A DNA stretch of 64,000 nucleotides from Planctomycetota bacterium (lineage in GTDB: Bacteria > Planctomycetota > PLA2 > JAEUHO01). The position numbers and the translations under genes were made by a program. Location: positions 512,001 to 576,000 of the forward strand of contig CBDCTJ010000001.1 of the NCBI GenBank assembly GCA_965222115.1. The letters are read 5' to 3'. Below the pieces are notes generated by a model. That model searched no databases and was not told the DNA's origin. It saw nothing but the letters and a program-made list of their open reading frames with translations. Shown piece by piece: positions 48,008 through 57,739 of this stretch. The first letter of the stretch is position 1. Each line of letters opens with the position of its first letter.

Positions 48008-50037
48008 TCGCGATTCCGTTTGGGTGTTATCCGTTCCACCGGGCAGCGCGGCAGACTGTCGAGGAAGATCTGACCATACCGCTTGGTGGCGAGGCGCGAG
48101 TCGAGAATCGTTACCCGGCCCGTATCGACCTTGCTACGAATCAAGCGACCGAATCCCTGCTTCATGCGGATGACCGCCGACGGAAGTGAAAGGGCCTGAA
48201 ACGCACTTTGACCATCGGCTTCAATGCGACGACTTCGCGCTTGCTGCAGTGGATGCGACGGTACGGGAAACGGTAGGCGCGCTATCACCACATGGCGCAA
48301 CGCATCGCCGGGCACGTCCACGCCTTGCCAAAACGACGCGACGCCAAAGAGGACCGCCCCCCCTTCGCGAAACCGTTCCAACAACGCACGCCGGTCGAGG
48401 GACTCGCCCTGCACCAACATGCGCAGCCCCATCGCCTCCACATCATCGCGCACGGCGTCGGCCACGGCGCGCAGGCTGGTGTTGGATGTAAACAGCACAA
48501 GCGTGTCACCATCGGTTGCTTGAATCGATTCAAGTACGGCACTCGGCAGTGCTTCGTGGTACTCCCGCGCTGTGCCCACGGGACTCGGCAAGTCGCCGCG
48601 AATGACCATTTTTGCCTGACTCATGTAATCAAAGGGACTGCCTACCTTGATTTCATGCGCGTTGGTTACGCCCAATCGATTGCGGACGAATGCAAAAGAT
48701 GGCGGCGAACCCACCGTGAGCGTGGCGCTGGTGAGAACGACCGTGGGATACGCCTCCCATAACTGCTCGCGCAATAGGGGCGCTACGTCGATAGGCGCAG
48801 AATGCAGCGCGGGTTGTCCACGCCTACCCGACTCCATCCACCGAACCGCGTTCTTGCCCGAGGGGGCTGACAAGCGTTCCACGTTGCCGGCTAGGTCGCG
48901 CAATGAATCGGCCCGGGCCAGGATTTCCATCACGGTTTCCGTATTGCGCACGGCATTGGCGGCCTTCTTCATGCGCTTGCTCAAGCCCCGCAACGCACCG
49001 CTCAAATCGTCGGGAAGTGTGCATTCGTCGTCGATCACATGCGGACCGCGACGAAGATCCACGGGGGCATCGCGCCCGTCCTCGATGCGATGCACGGCGG
49101 CCTCAAAGTAGGACGTGGTGTCTTGCGCCAACGAAGCCACATCGCGCTTGAGGGTGTCGGCATCCACATGGGCCAAGAGACCGCGCTTGCGCTTTGAGCT
49201 CCAAATGCGACCCAGGTGATAGCGCACGCCACGCGCCGAAAGACGATCCCCGAAATGCTCTGATGCGACGTCGCCCAAGTCGTGGCCTTCATCGATCACA
49301 ACCGCGTCAAGGGCGGGCAAAAACGATGCACCACGCTTGCGCATCGCCAAGTCCGACATCAACACATGGTGATTGACCACCAACAACGCCGCCTCTTGCG
49401 TCTCGCGTCGTCCGCGTTGGTAATGGCACACGTCATAATACGAACATTTCCGTCCCAAGCAGTTGCCGCGTTCGGCGCACACCGCTTCCCACACGGCCGC
49501 GTGCGGGCGAAACGGAACGTCTTGGCGCGTGCCTTCCGTTGTGGTCTTTCCCCACGCAACGATTTGTTTCAGTTGCTCCGTGGCGGTATCGAATTCAAAC
49601 AACGCCTCGGGTTGGTTCGCCGCGCGATGCATCCTTCGCAAGCACAAGTAGTTGTTGCGGCCAATGACCAGCGAGGCTTTGATGTTGAGTCCGAGCGCAT
49701 CAATAAGAAACGGCAAATCTTTCAGTACGAGTTGTTCCTGCAACGCGATCGTACTGGTCGTCACCGCAACCCGGCGCCTTCCCTCGGACGCCCACAGGAG
49801 CAGCGGCACCAAATACCCAAAGGTCTTGCCCACACCGGTACCCGCTTCAATCAGTGCGTGCCCCTCGTCCCACAGCGCGTCGCTCACGACGCGTGCCATT
49901 TCGCGCTGTTGCGGTCGATCCTCGTAACGCTCGGCCTTCAGACCACCCGCGATCGCACCGCCGACGCCCAAAATCTCGTCGAGCGCCGCGTGGCGGGCGG
50001 CGGCGTCGCGGGAGAGGGGCAGGACGGATTTCGGCAT
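48004..50037 (-). CDS. dinG: DinG/YoaA family ATP-dependent helicase with Fe-S cluster
   Basis: 'RPQQ', 'EAGTGVGKT', 'GR.NYLC', 'DEGH', 'TSATL', 'FWQGVDVPG', 'QGFGRLIRS'. Confidence 0.93.
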   Translation of the reverse strand: MPKSVLPLSRDAAARHAALDEILGVGGAIAGGLKAERYEDRPQQREMARVVSDALWDEGHALIEAGTGVGKTFGYLVPLLLWASEGRRRVAVTTSTIALQEQLVLKDLPFLIDALGLNIKASLVIGRNNYLCLRRMHRAANQPEALFEFDTATEQLKQIVAWGKTTTEGTRQDVPFRPHAAVWEAVCAERGNCLGRKCSYYDVCHYQRGRRETQEAALLVVNHHVLMSDLAMRKRGASFLPALDAVVIDEGHDLGDVASEHFGDRLSARGVRYHLGRIWSSKRKRGLLAHVDADTLKRDVASLAQDTTSYFEAAVHRIEDGRDAPVDLRRGPHVIDDECTLPDDLSGALRGLSKRMKKAANAVRNTETVMEILARADSLRDLAGNVERLSAPSGKNAVRWMESGRRGQPALHSAPIDVAPLLREQLWEAYPTVVLTSATLTVGSPPSFAFVRNRLGVTNAHEIKVGSPFDYMSQAKMVIRGDLPSPVGTAREYHEALPSAVLESIQATDGDTLVLFTSNTSLRAVADAVRDDVEAMGLRMLVQGESLDRRALLERFREGGAVLFGVASFWQGVDVPGDALRHVVIARLPFPVPSHPLQQARSRRIEADGQSAFQALSLPSAVIRMKQGFGRLIRSKVDTGRVTILDSRLATKRYGQIFLDSLPRCPVERITPKRNRD

Positions 50038-50231
50038 TTCGGTCCCAAGGAAAATGAGGCAGTCAGCGCCCACAAACGGCGTTCGTCACGGAAGGATCCC
50101 ACACAAGAGCCTCACACGCCTCGATTCTCGGCTGCGCACGCCGCATTCGGTGGCTATCCCACAGCGGATGCTTGTCCCTTTCACGCGAGAAGGGCTATCC
50201 TGTCGGTCTAGCGGAGGAGGACGCAGCCGCC

Positions 50232-50873
50232 ATGAGGACGTATTTCGTCAAGACGCTACCCCTGGGCCTCGCCGTAGGTCTCTCGATTGCGCTGGTCGCG
50301 TGCGCAGCGCCATCGCGCGCCTTCGACACTGGCCAAGTCGGTATCCCGGGATCCTCCGAAACGATTCCCGCCGACATCCCGGCCAACATGGATCGTGGTC
50401 GTTGGATGGTGAACCGCGCCACGAAGGTATGGAAGGTCATGCAGGACCGCGACGGCCAACCGCAGCAACACATCGGCTACGTTCTTGGCAGCCGCTACCG
50501 CCAAATGCGTGGCGGCCCCGAGTTCAAAATGTACAAGGTCACGCGCCTTGACCGCGACGATCAGATAGGCCATGTCGATCAGATGGGCCGGGCCATTCGC
50601 TACGAGCCCAAGCGCAACGGAACCTTTGACGAAGTGCCCGTTGGCAGTTCTTCGCTCGAAGAGAACGTCGGCATGATTTTCGATACCTCAGCACGCGTCA
50701 CCTTGATGCCCACGTCGAAGAACCGCATCGCGTTTGAAGCGTTGGATCTAGACGGTGACGGTTTCCTCCAAGAAAAGGAAACCGAGAAATTCGGGCCGCG
50801 CCTGGACGAAGCCGATCGCAATGGCGACGGCGTGGTGGACTACGAGGAGTTTAAGGACATCGACGTCTTATAA
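50232..50873 (+). CDS. Lipoprotein with C-terminal EF-hand pair
   Basis: Lipobox LVAC; 'DLDGDGFLQEKE' and 'DRNGDGVVDYEE'; SD GGAGG. Confidence 0.8.
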   Translation: MRTYFVKTLPLGLAVGLSIALVACAAPSRAFDTGQVGIPGSSETIPADIPANMDRGRWMVNRATKVWKVMQDRDGQPQQHIGYVLGSRYRQMRGGPEFKMYKVTRLDRDDQIGHVDQMGRAIRYEPKRNGTFDEVPVGSSSLEENVGMIFDTSARVTLMPTSKNRIAFEALDLDGDGFLQEKETEKFGPRLDEADRNGDGVVDYEEFKDIDVL

Positions 50874-50986
50874 CGTCTCAACGTACGTTTGGTTGTAACG
50901 TCTCAACGTACGGCCGGATTCACCGCGCACCCTGCATCCAATCGGCATGCATCCAATCGGCATACGCGCAATCGAATTGCAATTCG
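50871..50986. repeat. Cluster of short direct repeats plus a palindrome
   Basis: TAACGTCTCAACGTACG x2 (50871, 50896); TGCATCCAATCGGCA x2 (50933, 50948); CGAATTGCAATTCG (50973-50986). Confidence 0.8.
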
Positions 50987-50993
50987 CCGACGC

Positions 50994-51533
50994 CTACTCG
51001 CTGGGCGGTTCAATCACCGGCGCCCAGTCGTCGGCTTGGTTCGTATCGTCGTCGGCATCATCACGTTCGTCATGCACTTCTTGGGGCATATCGCTTGGAT
51101 CCGTGCGAGATGCGCTTCCTGCAGGCGCCTCATGCTTCTCGTGTACGGCGTCGGCCCACAAGAGTTCCAGGTCGTAGTGCGCGCGGTGTTCTTCGTCGAA
51201 CACGTGCAGCACCACATCGACGTAGTCCATACAAATCCAATTGCCGTGGTCCTGGCCCGACATGCTGAGCGGCAAGGCCCGTAGGCCACGCTTCATCTCT
51301 TGTCGCACGTGCGACGCCAAGGCACGGTTCTGTCGCGCGCTGCGTCCTGTGACCAACAACAAGTAGTCGGTGTACTGCACCAACGCGCGCACATCGAGTG
51401 AGACGACGTCGGCGCCGCGCATACCGTGGCACAACGCCACCATGCGCGCGAGAATCTCCTCGCTCGTTGCAGCGTGCGCCACGGAGGTGGACTCCGAAGC
51501 GGTCTCGGTCGATGGTGTGGATTTGGCGTTCAT
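50994..51533 (-). CDS. rsfS: Ribosome silencing factor
   Basis: 'D...LDV......DY.L.VTG.S.RQ..A', 'W...DY.DVV.HVF..E.R..YDLE.LW.DA'. Confidence 0.92.
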   Translation of the reverse strand: MNAKSTPSTETASESTSVAHAATSEEILARMVALCHGMRGADVVSLDVRALVQYTDYLLLVTGRSARQNRALASHVRQEMKRGLRALPLSMSGQDHGNWICMDYVDVVLHVFDEEHRAHYDLELLWADAVHEKHEAPAGSASRTDPSDMPQEVHDERDDADDDTNQADDWAPVIEPPSE

Positions 51534-51655
51534 CGGTGGTTTGAACTTTTTGTGTGTGCGAAACCTACAGGGGCAAGCGGGGCAGGGTAGGCGGGGTCCT
51601 CGACGTCCCCAACGAAAGCACCCCCACCGAATGCCGGAACGCTCTCCAGACGCCT

Positions 51656-52573
51656 CTACTTAGCGATTTGTTCCAGTCGTGCGCGCATGCGATCGACGGC
51701 GAGACAGGGCCCAACGGCATCTGCATAGCGCGCGACCGCGGCTTCGGCCGCCACGTACGGACCCGTGAAAAGCACTTCGATGGCTCGGATGCCAACCGAT
51801 AGCACATCGCGCATGGGCACCAAATCCTCAGGCGCCCAGCCAAGGGGCAACTCCGGATTCGGGTCCCCGCGGCCCCATCGAAGGTCGGCAAGTCCCACGT
51901 CTCGCAGCGCGGCAATGCGTCGCATCGTGCCGAGCACGTGTTTCGCTCGCGCAAGGTCGCCTCGCAGTAGCGCATCGGCGGCTACAACCGGAGCAATGCA
52001 AACGAACTGATGTAGCGGTAAGCGTCCGCGTCGAGGCAATTCTTCTGACAACATCACGGACCGATGCAAATGGTCAAATGCCATGTCGTTTCGATCTGGA
52101 ACCGCCGCATCGATTCTCTGGTTGAGATCGCTGTTCACCACGTAGTGGCTCAACAAGAGTTCGGCCGCTCGCCATTCCAAACGGGCACTATCTGGATGCC
52201 GCTTCAGTGCAGCACGTACTCGTGCCAATACATCGCGCCATAAGCGAAAGCGCCGCTCCGGCGATTGAATGTCTTCCAACATGACGCCCGCCTGCACATC
52301 CACAAGGTGTGTCGTGGCCGCGTCGCTGGCGGGATCGAGTTCCACGAGGGTGTTGTAGAGCGCCACGGCATCGTAGGGTCTTCCCTCGCGCCGCAAGCGC
52401 TCGGCGCGCAGGTAGAGCGCGTTCTCCACCAACACGCGGAATCCGCCCAAGGAACGACCAAATGCACTTAGCACCGTCGTTGATTCCTTCGATACGGGAC
52501 GTGCCCGATGGGTGAGCCATGTACCGAGGAGCAGGAGTCCAATACCAAGGAGTATCAAACGGGCGCGGCTCAT
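51656..52573 (-). CDS. Hypothetical membrane-anchored helical (TPR-like) protein
   Basis: N-terminal TM, 'LGGFR......LYLRA', 'LVELDP'; ATGA-coupled to upstream gene. Confidence 0.7.
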   Translation of the reverse strand: MSRARLILLGIGLLLLGTWLTHRARPVSKESTTVLSAFGRSLGGFRVLVENALYLRAERLRREGRPYDAVALYNTLVELDPASDAATTHLVDVQAGVMLEDIQSPERRFRLWRDVLARVRAALKRHPDSARLEWRAAELLLSHYVVNSDLNQRIDAAVPDRNDMAFDHLHRSVMLSEELPRRGRLPLHQFVCIAPVVAADALLRGDLARAKHVLGTMRRIAALRDVGLADLRWGRGDPNPELPLGWAPEDLVPMRDVLSVGIRAIEVLFTGPYVAAEAAVARYADAVGPCLAVDRMRARLEQIAK

Positions 52574-53679
52574 CCGCCTCGCCTCCACGGGGCCACGGCA
52601 ATCATGGCCGTAACAACAAAGTAGAGCAGAGCAGGTGAAAGTGCATTCCACGACACGCTCCCGACACCTCCTTCTACCGTTTCGCGCCAGGACTCGAGAA
52701 TCGGCACTCGCGGCACCAACTGACTCGCCCCATCAATCACGCGGGGCGCCCATCCCGCGATGCCCTCCAATTCCATATCGCCAATCAGTCCGAGCAACGG
52801 CCCTCGCAGGAGCGCGAAAAGCACCAGCACGCAGCCGAGCGTTACGGCGGTCGTGGCCGTGGACACGCGCGAACACCACAGGGCAATCGGTGCCATCGCC
52901 CCCATGCACACGAAAAAGACCAATGCAAGTCGCAAGAACGCGTGAAGCGTGGAAGGGCCCGCCGAGGATTGCTTCACAGACGCAATGCGCAAACGTGCCC
53001 CCGGTGTCTGCATGGTTATCGCAACGCGCTCGGTTTGGGGCGGCACATCGATCGTCATAACGCCCCGAGGAGCGATGGCACGCACTGCCGTCTTACGATC
53101 AACCGAAACGGCCACGTCAACGGACTTGACACCAATCACATAAAAGTAGGGACGCATATCGACCTCAAGACGCGTAGGCGCATCGTGTTTCGCCAATGCC
53201 GTCCACACAATCTCAGACGGTTCATTGTTCGTGGTCAGCGAGCCAAGAAACAGCGGATCACGTTCGAGTGGCAAGGGAACCACGGTGCGCCATGCCGTAG
53301 CACGTCCTGCCGCATGCCCGATGACGGTTGCCAACAAACCCACGGTCACGCAAGCGATAAGAATCAACACCAATGTCGCGATGAGTACCGCCAATCGGTG
53401 TTGCCAGGGCGAGAGGGCGTGCGCGCGAAGCCACGTCGCTCGACCGGCATCTCGATCGGAAGGCAAGAGCGTCCCAATCCGCACAGCAATGAACGACGAT
53501 GCGAGCAACAGGGCCCAGAGCACACCCCACACAAACACGGTATCGCCGTGGCCGATGCGTCGCGCAAGTAGCCCACTCACTCCGAGCGACACCGCGATCA
53601 ATCCGGCAAACACCCACGGGGCCCTACCGCGACAAACGCATCGGAGGTAGTGACTCACCATGGGGAGTACCTCACCCAT
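52570..53679 (-). CDS. Putative ABC-2 type permease
   Basis: Multiple TM, 'LPSDR..G'; directly downstream of an ABC ATPase. Confidence 0.65.
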   Translation of the reverse strand: MGEVLPMVSHYLRCVCRGRAPWVFAGLIAVSLGVSGLLARRIGHGDTVFVWGVLWALLLASSFIAVRIGTLLPSDRDAGRATWLRAHALSPWQHRLAVLIATLVLILIACVTVGLLATVIGHAAGRATAWRTVVPLPLERDPLFLGSLTTNNEPSEIVWTALAKHDAPTRLEVDMRPYFYVIGVKSVDVAVSVDRKTAVRAIAPRGVMTIDVPPQTERVAITMQTPGARLRIASVKQSSAGPSTLHAFLRLALVFFVCMGAMAPIALWCSRVSTATTAVTLGCVLVLFALLRGPLLGLIGDMELEGIAGWAPRVIDGASQLVPRVPILESWRETVEGGVGSVSWNALSPALLYFVVTAMIAVAPWRRGG

Positions 53680-54427
53680 CGTGACCCCGTTCAAAGAGTG
53701 GAAGCAGTGACGCGGAAGGCACGTCGCCCAAGAGTTCATCGGGCGACCCCGACAAAACGATCTTGCCGTGATCCAATACCAGGGCGCGGTCACAGGCTTC
53801 TTCTGCCGTTACCCGATCATGCGTGGAGAGAATCACGGCCGTTTCGTCTTCTACCGCCGTTCGAATCAGATGGACAAGGTCACGAACCCCCAACGGATCT
53901 AGCCCCGACGTGGGTTCATCCAAAATCATGATTCGGGGTCGATGAACCCATGCCGCCGCCATGGCAAGCCGGCGCGCCATGCCACGGGAATACGCGGAGA
54001 CGCGTTGTCGCCAAGCCCGCTGCTCAAGCCCCACGATTGCCAGCGCGTCTTCGACGCGACTGCGACGCTCCCGTCGTGGTCCCACCCCTTGGATGCGCGC
54101 GAAGAGATCCACAGTTTCGAACCCGTTTAGCGTTCCAAAGCGACGTGCTTCTTCCGGAACGTAGGCTGTCTTTGCACGCGCCGCTTTGCGGCCCGGCGCA
54201 CCCCCGAGAACCTCAAGGTCGCCCGACGTGGGCCGATGAATGCCTAGCAAGCAGCGCAGCGTCGTGCTTTTGCCGCTGCCGTTGGCTCCCAGCAATCCCA
54301 AACACTCCCCCGGTACCAATGAAAACGTAATGCCATCCACAGCGCGGACCTCGCGAGGCGCGCGGCCAAAGACCTTGACAAGTGATTTGGCAGACACGGC
54401 GGGCGTGGGCGAGGGGGTTGAATCCAC
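53672..54427 (-). CDS. ABC transporter ATP-binding protein
   Basis: GANGSGKST, 'YSRGMARR', 'ILDEPTSGLDP', 'LSTH'. Confidence 0.93.
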   Translation of the reverse strand: MDSTPSPTPAVSAKSLVKVFGRAPREVRAVDGITFSLVPGECLGLLGANGSGKSTTLRCLLGIHRPTSGDLEVLGGAPGRKAARAKTAYVPEEARRFGTLNGFETVDLFARIQGVGPRRERRSRVEDALAIVGLEQRAWRQRVSAYSRGMARRLAMAAAWVHRPRIMILDEPTSGLDPLGVRDLVHLIRTAVEDETAVILSTHDRVTAEEACDRALVLDHGKIVLSGSPDELLGDVPSASLLPLFERGHDG

Positions 54428-54489
54428 CGAGGGAGTGTAGCCCGTGGGGGCGCGCTGTGGCCGTCTGTGACCCGATGCGTAGTTGAGGT

Positions 54490-54906
54490 ATGAACTCGCC
54501 GTCCACGACCACTACGCCACCACGAGATCGGCGCGCCAATGCGACCCGCGCACTGCAACTGCTCCTGGCACTCCTGATCACCATTCAATTCTTGGGCGCG
54601 TGGCGCACGGCGATCGCCAAGCGCAACACAATCGATGCGCCCGCGCCGCAGCCCCTCGAAATCGTCCCGTCGCGCGACCCGATATGGCGCCTCACGCTAC
54701 TGCCCGGCATCGGATGGAAGCGCGCCAAGGCGATTCGGGCGTGGCGCGATGCAGGACGGCCCATTGCCAATTGGGAGAACTTTGCCGCGGCGAGCGGTGC
54801 CCCCGCTCGCGTCATAAGCAACCTGCAATCGTCGCCCGGAATCCGTGTGCTGTGGCCACCGGTTCCTCCGCCGAAGCGGCCGAAAGCGGGTACGCTGCCT
54901 CGATGA
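54490..54906 (+). CDS. ComEA-like helix-hairpin-helix protein with N-terminal TM
   Basis: 'LTLLPGIG.KRAKAI..WR...' HhH motif. Confidence 0.75.
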   Translation: MNSPSTTTTPPRDRRANATRALQLLLALLITIQFLGAWRTAIAKRNTIDAPAPQPLEIVPSRDPIWRLTLLPGIGWKRAKAIRAWRDAGRPIANWENFAAASGAPARVISNLQSSPGIRVLWPPVPPPKRPKAGTLPR

Positions 54907-55817
54907 GCAACGACTTCACGGTTCTTGATCCCGCGCCGTACACCGACTTTCTAAGGCGCGCTCTCGACGAAGATCACGCCACGCGTGACGTAACTTCGCA
55001 CACATTGATACCGAATGACGGACGAAGGGTCCGCGCGGAACTGCTATGCAAAGAAGACGGTGTCTTGGCAGGTCTCACACTTGTCGAGCCGTGTTTCCAA
55101 ATCTTGGACAAAGACGCACACGTCGATCTCAAGGCCTACGACGGTGATCGAGTGGGCGCGAAGTCTACGGTTGCATGGGTGGAAGCCGAGGCCCGCGCTC
55201 TGCTTGCGGGGGAACGCACTGCGCTCAACATTGTTCGCCATCTGAGTGGCGTGGCCACGCTTACAGCAACGTTTTGCGAACACACCATGGCCACCGGCAC
55301 CAAGATTCACGACACCCGCAAGACCACGCCCGGCTGGCGCACGCTTGAGAAATATGCCGTGCGTTGCGGTGGCGGTCACAACCACCGCTTGAATTTGGAA
55401 GTGGGGGCGATGGTGAAAGAAAACCACCTCGTCGGGGCATACGGATCGACGGGACCTGACGCGATCGCACGCGCGGTGAAAGCGCTACGCGAGGAATTGG
55501 ACGACAACACGTCACTGTGTGTCGAAGTAGAAAACCAACGCGAACTGGAGGCGGTCTTGGAAGCCGCAAAACCGCTCAATAGCGCCTTGGTAATTATGCT
55601 CGACGACTTTGAACTCGGCGACATACGACGTGCGGTCAAAACGGTTCGCGCCTTGCCCGCACCTCGACCTCAACTAGAAGTCACCGGCGGCGTGAATCTC
55701 AAACACGTGGAGGCACTTGCCGCAACAGGCATCAATCGCATTTCCATTGGCGCACTCACACACAGCGCCCCGTCGCTCGACCTGTCGCTGAAGATTCGTA
55801 GCGTCAACGCGCGATAA
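54903..55817 (+). CDS. nadC: Nicotinate-nucleotide pyrophosphorylase (quinolinate phosphoribosyltransferase)
   Basis: 'ERTALN', 'DTRKTTPG.R.LEKYAV..GGG.NHR', 'KENH', 'ISIGALTHSA'. Confidence 0.95.
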   Translation: MSNDFTVLDPAPYTDFLRRALDEDHATRDVTSHTLIPNDGRRVRAELLCKEDGVLAGLTLVEPCFQILDKDAHVDLKAYDGDRVGAKSTVAWVEAEARALLAGERTALNIVRHLSGVATLTATFCEHTMATGTKIHDTRKTTPGWRTLEKYAVRCGGGHNHRLNLEVGAMVKENHLVGAYGSTGPDAIARAVKALREELDDNTSLCVEVENQRELEAVLEAAKPLNSALVIMLDDFELGDIRRAVKTVRALPAPRPQLEVTGGVNLKHVEALAATGINRISIGALTHSAPSLDLSLKIRSVNAR

Positions 55818-55836
55818 GCACCAGACAACACACGCC

Positions 55837-57705
55837 CTACTTGCGAACGCGTTTCCTGCGCGAATCAATCTTCACGGTCTTTCCCATGGCCAGCAGCGCT
55901 GGGTACGCCCGTGCCAACCCTGGAACGTGAATCTCTACCCGCGGCGAAACATCGGTCCGAAAGCGAGCCCGGTAGCGGGCGACGGTAACGTCATTGACGC
56001 GGGCAACCCGTACCCGCTGGAAGTTTGTGCTCGGCCGTTCGTGTCCCGCGAACACCTCTTCGTCCACGTGGAAAGCGCGAACACTTGCGGGCGCCCGCGC
56101 GCTCGGTCCGTGAAGTTCCAGTTCCATTGTGACCCACCCGCGCGCGGGAACACGGACAGTGGCCATGCCACACGAATCCGGAATGAGGGAGCCGAACGCG
56201 GGCGGCGGCCACGTCGCATCCAGCGATAATCGAATGTGAGTCGTCTTCGCAGGTGCAAACGTGATTCGACCATCGTGACTTGTGATGAGTTTCCGCACAT
56301 GGTCTCGGTCTACGCCCGTTTCTCTCGGCAGATCGTCGCCCACCGGAATCAATGAAACAGGCAATGCCGATAGGGGTGCGCCGGCCGCATCGACAAAACG
56401 CAACGTGGTCTTCTTCCGGCGAAACCTGCAGCGCGACATTGCGGTGCCCGGTCGTTGCTCACTGGTAAGTGCGTGGAGAAATGCCACCAAATCTTGGATG
56501 TCCTGTTCACTCGCTTTGAAGCCGGTAACTCGTGGATCCTGCTTGGGGTCGGTGCTGCCACCGGAGGCGTAGTACCTCACTACATCATGCAGCGTTGGAA
56601 ACATGCCGTTGTGCATATACGGCCCTCGACGCGCCACGTCGCGCAAGGTGGGCGTCTTGAAGCTGCGGACGTCACTCCCCTTACCACTTACACGTCGGCG
56701 ACCCGGGTCGTGAAACCCCGGTCGGGCCGAGCGTGTGGGCGCAGAAGCTTCTGCCGCGACTCGATGGCGCCTTTGATCCAATTTGTTCATCCGGCGAACG
56801 GGACTCTCCTTTGTGGCCTTCAGTGATGCGTCGAGCCAGGCAATGCCGGTGTTATGAAAGCCGTAATCAGTAAACAGCGCGTGCGTAGCCGACTTGGCAT
56901 CACCCTTGCGATCCGTGTGGCACTTCACGCAACCCGCGCGGCCACGAAACAGTGCATAGCCCCGCTCGGCGGCTGGAGACCATAACGAATTTCGATCGTC
57001 ACTTCTGTGATCAAAGGGGGCAGGGCCGCTCTTGACGGAGCGGCAATAGGCGCCGAGCGCCTTCGCCATGCGCGGACGCGTGATGCCCATCCCCGAAAAT
57101 ACAGCCTGAAAGGCTTCGTTGTAGCGCGCTCCGTCTCGAAGCACGTCCTGCGCGCGTGGAAGCTGTTGTAGGCGTTCCTTCAGTTTCGAAGCGGCCACCG
57201 ATCGGGAAGCCGCGGAGCGGCCATTCTCTGCAGGCAAACCCATGGCGTCATGCAGCGCAGATAGCGGTCGCACTTTGGGCGTGGAACTCCCGTAGCCCGT
57301 CGTGGGAATCCACGGAAGCCCGATTCGGAAACGGACGAGATCTTCAATGCTATTGAACTCGCCGTCCCAGTGCATGTTGGGCGAGTGCATTACATTGATA
57401 AGCGTCTGGGGATGTCGAACAGTGACCCCTACATCGTCTTCGCTCACCCGCGACGTATCGGAGAAGCCGTGATTAGGATCATGACACGACGCGCAGGCGC
57501 GATGGCCGGTACGACTCACGACCGGATCCACAAACAATCGGCGCCCCAGCTCCACGAGATCGGCGAGGGCACGTCCTTGTTTTCCGGAGGCGCCGGTGCG
57601 CTTTGATGCTTCCCCTGGGGCGGGCACCAACACAAGAAGGATCAAAAGCGTGAGCGCGACTGCGGTGAGCGGATGCCTGTTCGTGTTTAGGCCGTGCAGC
57701 AACAT
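55837..57705 (-). CDS. Diheme cytochrome c peroxidase/MauG family protein (paralog B)
   Basis: CASCH, HWDG, CVKCH, 'FKTPTLRDVA...PYMHNG'; signal peptide; C-terminal extension. Confidence 0.9.
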   Translation of the reverse strand: MLLHGLNTNRHPLTAVALTLLILLVLVPAPGEASKRTGASGKQGRALADLVELGRRLFVDPVVSRTGHRACASCHDPNHGFSDTSRVSEDDVGVTVRHPQTLINVMHSPNMHWDGEFNSIEDLVRFRIGLPWIPTTGYGSSTPKVRPLSALHDAMGLPAENGRSAASRSVAASKLKERLQQLPRAQDVLRDGARYNEAFQAVFSGMGITRPRMAKALGAYCRSVKSGPAPFDHRSDDRNSLWSPAAERGYALFRGRAGCVKCHTDRKGDAKSATHALFTDYGFHNTGIAWLDASLKATKESPVRRMNKLDQRRHRVAAEASAPTRSARPGFHDPGRRRVSGKGSDVRSFKTPTLRDVARRGPYMHNGMFPTLHDVVRYYASGGSTDPKQDPRVTGFKASEQDIQDLVAFLHALTSEQRPGTAMSRCRFRRKKTTLRFVDAAGAPLSALPVSLIPVGDDLPRETGVDRDHVRKLITSHDGRITFAPAKTTHIRLSLDATWPPPAFGSLIPDSCGMATVRVPARGWVTMELELHGPSARAPASVRAFHVDEEVFAGHERPSTNFQRVRVARVNDVTVARYRARFRTDVSPRVEIHVPGLARAYPALLAMGKTVKIDSRRKRVRK

Positions 57706-57739
57706 TGAAAGCTCTCTACGTGGAAACCGGAAGCCGTCC

